NCBI GenBank assembly: GCA_028712375.1
Contig: JAQTQG010000006.1
Coordinates: 1 to 61,826, forward strand
Direction of reading: 5' to 3'
DNA from: Candidatus Omnitrophota bacterium
GTDB lineage: Bacteria; Omnitrophota; Gorgyraeia; Gygaellales; Profunditerraquicolaceae
Length of the DNA: 61,826 nucleotides
The notes below the pieces were generated by a model, which saw only the letters and a list, made by a program, of their open reading frames with translations, ran no database searches and was not told the origin of the DNA. Of the stretch, positions 56,297 through 61,826 are shown one piece after another (the stretch's first letter is position 1; the number at the start of each line of letters is the position of its first letter). The position numbers and the translations under genes were made by a program.

Positions 56297-58015
56297 TTAC
56301 TTATGCTCTTGAATCTGATTAATTAAATCCCCTACAAATTTATCCAGGTCCACCGCTCCTTGATTACCGCTGCCTTTTTTACGCACACTCACCTGCTGCT
56401 GTTTGGCTTCCCGTTCTCCTAAAATCAAACAATACGGAATTTTATTTATCTCGGCATTGCGGATCTTTTTATCTAAAGTTTCATTATGCAAATCCATCTC
56501 CACACGGATATTCTGATTTGCTAATTTATTTTTTACCTCTTGAGCATAACTTAAAACGGTTTCTTTGAGCGGAATCAATAAAACCTGCGTCGGGCTTAGC
56601 CATAAAGGAAGCTCTCCCTTGTAATGCTCAATCAACGCGCCGATAAAACGCTCCAGGCTGCCCAATAAAACCCGGTGCAACATAATCGGCTGTTGTTCTT
56701 TTCCGGAAGCATCGATATAAGCTAAGTTAAATCTTTTCGGAAGCGCAAAATCGCATTGAATAGTGGCGCACTGCCATGTTCTTTTAAGCGCATCTTTTAG
56801 TTTAATATCAATTTTCGGCCCGTAAAAAGCACCGTCTCCCACATTAACCTCATAAGGCAACCCTTTTTCTTTTAATGCTGTCTCCAGGGCTTCCGTGGCG
56901 CTTTGCCAATCTTCATCCGAGCCAATGGATTTTTCCGGACGAGTACTGAGTTCGATTCCCACCTTATCAAACCCGAAAACTTTCATTGTATCAAACACAA
57001 AATCAATCGCCCCTTTAATTTCAGCAGACAATTGCTCCGGTAAGCAAAATATATGTGCATCATCCTGGGTAAACCCGCGCACCCGCAATAACCCGTGTAA
57101 AACCCCGGCTTTTTCCCGGCGATAAACTGTTCCCAGCTCAAACAGCCGGATCGGTAAATCTTTATAACTGCGTGTTTTAGATTTATAGATCAAGATATGC
57201 CCGGGGCAATTCATCGGCTTTAATATAAATTCTTTATCTTCGGCAGTAAAAGAATACATATTCTCCCGGTAATAATCGTAATGGCCGCTGGTCTTCCAAA
57301 GATCCACATCCATAATATGCGGGGTAATCACCATTTCATATCCGCGCTTCAGGTGTTCTGTTTTTTCATAGTCCTCAATAATCTTGCGCAAAATCGCGCC
57401 CTTAGGATGATAAAAAACTAACCCTGCGCCCGCTTCTTCATGATAAATATCAAAAAACCCTAATGCCGGGCCCAACTTTCTGTGGTCCCGCAATTTAGCT
57501 TCTTCTAAATTTTTTAAATACTCGTCTAATTCTTTTTGCGTTTCAAAACAGGTGCCGTAAATTCTTTGCAGCATAGGATTGGTTTCAATCCCGTGCCAAT
57601 AAGCGCCGGCAACAGATAGCAGCTTAAAGGCTTTAATCTGTCCGGTAGATGCTATGTGCGGCCCCCGGCAGAGGTCTAAGAAATCCTTGCCGGTCCTGTA
57701 AATAGAAATCGGCTGATTGGGTAGCGTTTCAATCAATTCAACTTTGTAATTTTCTTTTAATTTTTGAAATAGCCCTAAAGCTTGCGGCCTCTCTAGCTCT
57801 TCGCGCAAAAATGGTTCATCCCGAACAATGATTTTTTGCATAACTTTTTCAATTGCCTGCAGGTCGGCATCTGTAAACGGGGTTTGTTTATCAAAATCAT
57901 AATAAAATCCGTCTTCAATGGATGGGCCGATAGCCAGCTTAACCTCCGGCCAGAGCTCCTTTACCGCCTGCGCCATCACATGTGAACAAGAATGTCTTAA
58001 AGTATTTAGATCCAT
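56297..58015 (-). CDS. thrS: threonyl-tRNA synthetase lacking the N-terminal TGS domain
   Basis: It starts at the editing domain (RHSCSHVMAQAVKELWP), followed by a class II core and an anticodon-binding domain; 572 aa. Confidence 0.92.
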   Translation of the reverse strand: MDLNTLRHSCSHVMAQAVKELWPEVKLAIGPSIEDGFYYDFDKQTPFTDADLQAIEKVMQKIIVRDEPFLREELERPQALGLFQKLKENYKVELIETLPNQPISIYRTGKDFLDLCRGPHIASTGQIKAFKLLSVAGAYWHGIETNPMLQRIYGTCFETQKELDEYLKNLEEAKLRDHRKLGPALGFFDIYHEEAGAGLVFYHPKGAILRKIIEDYEKTEHLKRGYEMVITPHIMDVDLWKTSGHYDYYRENMYSFTAEDKEFILKPMNCPGHILIYKSKTRSYKDLPIRLFELGTVYRREKAGVLHGLLRVRGFTQDDAHIFCLPEQLSAEIKGAIDFVFDTMKVFGFDKVGIELSTRPEKSIGSDEDWQSATEALETALKEKGLPYEVNVGDGAFYGPKIDIKLKDALKRTWQCATIQCDFALPKRFNLAYIDASGKEQQPIMLHRVLLGSLERFIGALIEHYKGELPLWLSPTQVLLIPLKETVLSYAQEVKNKLANQNIRVEMDLHNETLDKKIRNAEINKIPYCLILGEREAKQQQVSVRKKGSGNQGAVDLDKFVGDLINQIQEHK

Positions 58016-58037
58016 AATTTTTAAAGGAAAATAAAAA

Positions 58038-58111
58038 TGGGCCCAAGTGGACTTGAACCACTGACCTTTGCGATGTCAACGCAACGCTCTAACCAACTGA
58101 GCTATGAGCCC
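58038..58111 (-). tRNA. tRNA-Val(GAC), no encoded CCA
   Basis: GGGCTCA TA GCTC AGTTGGTTA GAGC G TTGCG TTGACAT CGCAA AGGTC AGTGG TTCAAGT CCACT TGGGCCC A. Confidence 0.9.
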
Positions 58112-58325
58112 GAATTTTTTGCCAAGCGAATAGCGAGTACCTTTTACCAATGACTCGGGATGGCTTTTCATCCCGAGGAATCCCGGCAGCTTTTTGCCGG
58201 GACTGAGCTATGAGCCCGAATTTTTTGTGCCCGCTCATAGCGAACACTGTTTACCAATGACTCGGGATGGCTTTTCATGCCGAGGAATCCCGGCAGCTTT
58301 TTGCCGGGACTGAGCTATGAGCCCG
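58096..58325. repeat. 2.2 tandem copies of a 106-107-bp unit, each beginning with tRNA-Val nt 1-16 plus upstream leader
   Basis: actgagctatgagcccg recurs at 58096, 58202 and 58309. The units share hairpins CCCGGC-N8-GCCGGG and CTCGGGA-N10-TCCCGAG. Identity is imperfect, with one divergent ~24-nt block. Confidence 0.85.
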
Positions 58326-58385
58326 CGCACCAAAAAGTTTTTATCCAACGCGGTTCCGACGGTTTTTGTCGGAGCCTAATTTAAT

Positions 58386-58468
58386 TGGGCAAGAAGGGAG
58401 TCGGACCCTTACGACCTTGCGGCCAACAGATTTTAAGTCTGTCGTGTATGCCATTCCACCACTTGCCC
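58386..58468 (-). tRNA. tRNA-Leu(UAA) with long variable arm and atypical T-loop
   Basis: GGGCAAG/CTTGCCC acceptor stem, ACAGA-CTTAAAA-TCTGT anticodon arm, variable arm TGGCCGCAAGGTCGT. The T-arm is AAGGG-TCCGACT-CCCTT, with C where U55 is expected. Confidence 0.75.
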
Positions 58469-58496
58469 TAACTTATTGTTGCTTTATATAAAATCT

Positions 58497-58568
58497 AGGC
58501 GACGAGCGGAATTGAACCGCTGAATAGTTGTTTTGCAGACAACTGCCTTACCACTTGGCTACGTCGCC
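58497..58568 (-). tRNA. tRNA-Cys(GCA)
   Basis: GGCGACG/CGTCGCC acceptor stem, GTTGT-CTGCAAA-ACAAC anticodon arm, AGCGG-TTCAATT-CCGCT T-arm, discriminator U. Confidence 0.9.
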
Positions 58569-58572
58569 AAAA

Positions 58573-59118
58573 CTACAATAATTTTTTAACTTCTTTGATA
58601 ATCTGGTCTGTTTCTGCCAAACAACCGACGCCGGTGACCCCGCAAGCCAAGAGGCCCTTGCGGGGAAGAACAAAGTTTAATCCCGAAGATTTTAGTTTTG
58701 CAATATTTCCCTGGGTAATTTTATTATTATACATATTTTCATTCATCGCCGGGGCGACTAAAACTTGCGCTTTGCTGGCGCAAACTGTGCAACTTAAAAG
58801 ATCATCGCAAATTCCGGCAGACAGTTTAGCAATAATATTAGCCGTTGCCGGAGCAATTAAAATTAAATCCGCTTTAGATGCCAAAGCAATATGTTCAATC
58901 TCCCAGGTATCCGGCGCATCGAATATTTCTCCGGAGTAAACCCGGTTACCGCTTAAACTCTGGAATACAACCGGTTTAATTAATTCCTGTGCTTCTTTAG
59001 TCATTACCACGTGTACTGCAAAGCCGCATTCTCTAAGCCGGCGAATCAAACTGCAGGACTTATAGATAGCAATACTGGCGGTTACGCCCAGAATAATATT
59101 TTTTTGATTTTTCTTCAT
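58573..59118 (-). CDS. coaC: stand-alone phosphopantothenoylcysteine decarboxylase-type flavoprotein
   Basis: ILGVTASIAIYK, IAPATANIIAKLS.GI.DDLL, PAMN..M and LACG..G.G motifs of the Dfp N-terminal domain. Confidence 0.75.
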   Translation of the reverse strand: MKKNQKNIILGVTASIAIYKSCSLIRRLRECGFAVHVVMTKEAQELIKPVVFQSLSGNRVYSGEIFDAPDTWEIEHIALASKADLILIAPATANIIAKLSAGICDDLLSCTVCASKAQVLVAPAMNENMYNNKITQGNIAKLKSSGLNFVLPRKGLLACGVTGVGCLAETDQIIKEVKKLL

Positions 59119-59327
59119 TACTCTTTAGCTTTAAGTTTCCTGGCTTCAATCTTACCGGCAGCAATTTCATGTAAGGCTACCGTTGATGGTTTTACCGAAG
59201 CCTCGTCAGATACTAGTTTTGGCTGCCCTTCGGCAATCTCCAAGGCTCTTTTGGAAGCCAAAATCACCAATTTATAAATTGAACCCATGCTGCTGTTTAA
59301 AAGTTTCTCTCTACCTTGATAACCCAT
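59118..59327 (-). CDS. rpoZ: DNA-directed RNA polymerase omega subunit
   Basis: 69 aa with SIYKLVILASKRALEIAEG. Confidence 0.8.
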   Translation of the reverse strand: MGYQGREKLLNSSMGSIYKLVILASKRALEIAEGQPKLVSDEASVKPSTVALHEIAAGKIEARKLKAKE

Positions 59328-59349
59328 CTTTTACCCCCGGTGTGATATG

Positions 59350-60033
59350 TTAAATACTGCTTTCCTGCCAAAAAATATTTTTTAGCTCTTTAAGCGCGAC
59401 AGATAACTTTTGGTTCAAAATACAATAGTCAAATGCACCGGCTGCCTGTAATTCTTTACGCGCAAGCAACAAGCGCTGCTCTATTTCCTGCTGGTTGGTA
59501 TGGCGGCAACGATTCTGAATTCTTTCCTTCAGCGTCCCGAGCGACGGCGGTAACACAAAAATCGTTACCGTGTTTTCAGGATACATCTTTTTAAGCGCTC
59601 GGGCGCCCTTTAAATCCAGGCAAAGCCCTACATTTTTTGCCCCTTTCAGCTGCCGTTCTAAGGCCTCTTTAGGCGTTCCGTAATAATAGCCCAAATACCT
59701 GGTCCATTCAAGAATTTTTTTCGCTTTTAACAGCCGCTTAAACTCCGCCGCGCTGACAAAAAAATACTCCTTTCCTTCCCTCTCTTGCGAACGTTTCGGC
59801 CGCGTAGTGATAGAACAGGATTTTTTTAGTATTTTCCCGATTTTTTTATCTTGAATTAAACTAGATAAAAGGGTGGTTTTACCGGAGCCTGACGGCCCGC
59901 TGATCACAAAAATTTTGCCTTGGCTTTGCTTAGTAGTAAGCAAGCTACTGCTCTCTAGCTTGCAGCTTTGTTTCGTGGCAGACAAACCATTACTTTTTAA
60001 CTTAAATTTATTATAACGGTTAAGGGCTATCAC
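59350..60033 (-). CDS. gmk: guanylate kinase (with ~35-aa N-terminal extension)
   Basis: ISGPSGSGKTTL, TTRPKRSQEREGKEYFFVS. Confidence 0.88.
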   Translation of the reverse strand: MIALNRYNKFKLKSNGLSATKQSCKLESSSLLTTKQSQGKIFVISGPSGSGKTTLLSSLIQDKKIGKILKKSCSITTRPKRSQEREGKEYFFVSAAEFKRLLKAKKILEWTRYLGYYYGTPKEALERQLKGAKNVGLCLDLKGARALKKMYPENTVTIFVLPPSLGTLKERIQNRCRHTNQQEIEQRLLLARKELQAAGAFDYCILNQKLSVALKELKNIFWQESSI

Positions 60034-60869
60034 TACTCGATATTCTGCACTTGTTCGCGAATCTTCTCAATTTGGCTTTTCATCCCGACAGCGCGTCCGG
60101 AAATCACCAGATCAAAAGACTTAGCTGCCAGCGTATTGGCTTCCCGCTGCATTTCTTGAGTAATAAAATCCAATTCCTTACCCACTGCTCCTCCCTGAGA
60201 AATCTTATGCCCAAAATTATTAATATGAAAATAGAGGCGGTCTATCTCTTCAGCCACATCCGCGCCTTTTAGAAAAGCCGCGCGTTCTTCATCCGTTTGT
60301 ATTTTTTTAAGCCTGTCTTTTACTGCCGCGGAAAAACGTTTTTTAATAAAAACCAGGTCTTGCTTAAGCAAAGCGGTTCTTTCTTTTAACAAGCCCGCTA
60401 AAGCTTTGCCTTCTTTCTGGCGCGCTATTAATAAATTTGCAAGTGCTTGTAAAAAAACGGGGTTAAGCTTCTCCCAAATGTGAGCACCTACCGGCTTGTC
60501 TTCTTTAAGCGATAGAATCCCCGGCAGGCGGATTAATGAATCCAGGTTAAGGCCATCTTTAATCTTAAACTCTTTTTTTACGCTGTTGAGCTCATGCAAA
60601 TAATTCTTAAGGAGTTTACGGTTAACAAAAATTCCCTGGGCAAGCTGCCCTTTGATGTTGATGGCACAATAAATTCTGCCTCTTTTAAGCCTGCTTTCGA
60701 TTTCTTTTTTCAACTTATCTTCCAAAGAAAGCAACCCTTCCGGAAGATGAAAAGCCGTTTCCAGGAATTTATGGTTGGTGCACCTTAACTCCACAGAAAT
60801 TCTGCCGACAGAATTAATCTCTTTTTCAAAACAACCAAAACCTGTCATACTATTTACTATATTTTTCAT
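60033..60869 (-). CDS. yicC: YicC-family stress-induced protein
   Basis: MTGFG...VELRCTNHKFLE N-terminus and C-terminal GKELDFITQEMQREANT. Confidence 0.88.
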   Translation of the reverse strand: MKNIVNSMTGFGCFEKEINSVGRISVELRCTNHKFLETAFHLPEGLLSLEDKLKKEIESRLKRGRIYCAINIKGQLAQGIFVNRKLLKNYLHELNSVKKEFKIKDGLNLDSLIRLPGILSLKEDKPVGAHIWEKLNPVFLQALANLLIARQKEGKALAGLLKERTALLKQDLVFIKKRFSAAVKDRLKKIQTDEERAAFLKGADVAEEIDRLYFHINNFGHKISQGGAVGKELDFITQEMQREANTLAAKSFDLVISGRAVGMKSQIEKIREQVQNIE

Positions 60870-61375
60870 TTATCGGCCCAAATTTTACAGGATAATTCTT
60901 TTTTCACAACATCCTTTGTCGCATAAAGATCGACGATAATCTCATCCGGAGTAAACCAAAGCTTAATTTCTCTCTCGGCTTCAGGAACATTGGATGACAC
61001 GTGGACAACGTTTTCATAAACCCCTGAAGTAGTAATCCGCCCATAAGAACCGCGGATAGATGTTGACTCCGCCTCTTCGGGATTAGTCGCCCCGGCTAAC
61101 TCCCGGCATTTAGTTATTGCATCATTGCCCCAATAAACCAGAGCCATGACTTTTTTGCGGTCATGAAAATCTCCCTGCAAATATTTAATAATTTCCCCAA
61201 AGAATGGTTTATCTTTTAAATGTTTATAATGCTCTTGTGCCAACTCTTTGGAAACGCGCACCATTTTCGCAGCCACAATTTCAAGCTTTGTCTCAGAAAG
61301 CCGCGTCAGAATGTTGCCAGTGAGTGATTTTTTTAATCCATCGGGTTTAATTAAAATTAAGACTGCCTGTCCCAT
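60866..61375 (-). CDS. ndk: nucleoside-diphosphate kinase (long form)
   Basis: LILIKPDG, KPFF, IRGSYG and NVVHVSS (catalytic His) motifs. Confidence 0.75.
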   Translation of the reverse strand: MGQAVLILIKPDGLKKSLTGNILTRLSETKLEIVAAKMVRVSKELAQEHYKHLKDKPFFGEIIKYLQGDFHDRKKVMALVYWGNDAITKCRELAGATNPEEAESTSIRGSYGRITTSGVYENVVHVSSNVPEAEREIKLWFTPDEIIVDLYATKDVVKKELSCKIWADK

Positions 61376-61378
61376 TCT

Positions 61379-61826
61379 TTATTTTCCTCCTTTAATAACA
61401 TTTACGATACGCTGAAGATCTTCTGGGGAATAAAACTCAATGTTAATATGACCTCTTTTTTTTCTTTTACTGATGCGCACCTTAGTAGCTAAAGCATGCT
61501 GCAACTGTTCTTCTAAAATCGCAACCATCGGCTCACGCTGCCCTTGCCCAACATTACGTTTGATAGATTTTGGCCGCACGCTTTTAATTAAATTTTCAAG
61601 CTCGCGTACTGAAAGCCCCTTAGCAATAATATCTTGGGCTATTTTTCTTTGGTGATTAGAGTCTTCGATTTCCAGCAAAGCACGACCGTGCGCGAAGCTA
61701 ATCCGCCCTTTTTTCATTTCTCCCTGAATTTCATGCGGAGGTTTAAGCAAGCGTAACGTGTTGGTAATAGAAACCCGGGATTTACCTAACACTTCGCTTA
61801 TCTTCTCATGGGTAACCTGGAATTTA
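61379..61826 (-). CDS. parB: ParB/Spo0J chromosome partitioning protein, N-terminus beyond window edge
   Basis: HTH region ...EKISEVLGKSRVSITNTLRLLKPP continues in-frame to the right edge, with a C-terminal dimerisation region. Confidence 0.85.
   Translation of the reverse strand, partial: KFQVTHEKISEVLGKSRVSITNTLRLLKPPHEIQGEMKKGRISFAHGRALLEIEDSNHQRKIAQDIIAKGLSVRELENLIKSVRPKSIKRNVGQGQREPMVAILEEQLQHALATKVRISKRKKRGHINIEFYSPEDLQRIVNVIKGGK

Noticed and set aside
1724-61655. All plus-strand ORFs in the track (for example 1724..1906, 8097..8411, 18673..19023, 33383..33790, 53890..54342, 58595..58939).
   Set aside because: Each lies entirely antisense within a longer minus-strand gene with clear family motifs. 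Their products are low-complexity with no SD or family resemblance, so they are shadow ORFs.

Overview
This is a 61.8-kb AT-rich bacterial chromosomal window, probably from an uncultivated anaerobe; taxon cannot be assigned from sequence alone. Every convincing gene lies on the minus strand, and the plus-strand ORFs in the track are antisense shadows. The right part (28.3-61.8 kb) is housekeeping: parB, ndk, yicC, gmk, rpoZ, coaC, tRNA-Cys/Leu/Val, thrS, infC-rpmI-rplT, trkA-trkA-trkH, pheST, rarA, a cyclophilin, a UvrD-type helicase, MetV-like/NifU/MTHFS genes, rny, ymdB, xseAB, dxs, a four-subunit 2-oxoacid:ferredoxin oxidoreductase and gltX. The left part (1-28 kb) is accessory. It holds envelope-glycan genes (O-antigen-ligase-like, four large GT-C-like membrane proteins, an SGNH hydrolase). 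It also holds a tightly packed ~15-kb operon that looks like an undescribed radical-SAM peptide-maturation (RiPP-like) system. In transcription order: a near-consensus promoter, a PqqD/RRE protein, five tandem rSAM/SPASM paralogues, and a 54-aa Cys/Ser/Thr-rich precursor ORF that is too short for the ORF track. These are followed by a B12-binding rSAM, an HprK-like kinase, two GT9 glycosyltransferases, a seventh rSAM, a SipW-type peptidase with Cys at the nucleophile position, and an ABC exporter. A PF14907-like nucleotidyltransferase sits just upstream. Other oddities are tandem repeats at two tRNA loci in which every unit starts with nt 1-16 of the adjacent tRNA, a short conserved hairpin module shared between loci, a candidate plus-strand sRNA, a 38-aa membrane ORF coupled to trkH, a non-AUG infC start, and domain-minimised ThrRS and PheT.
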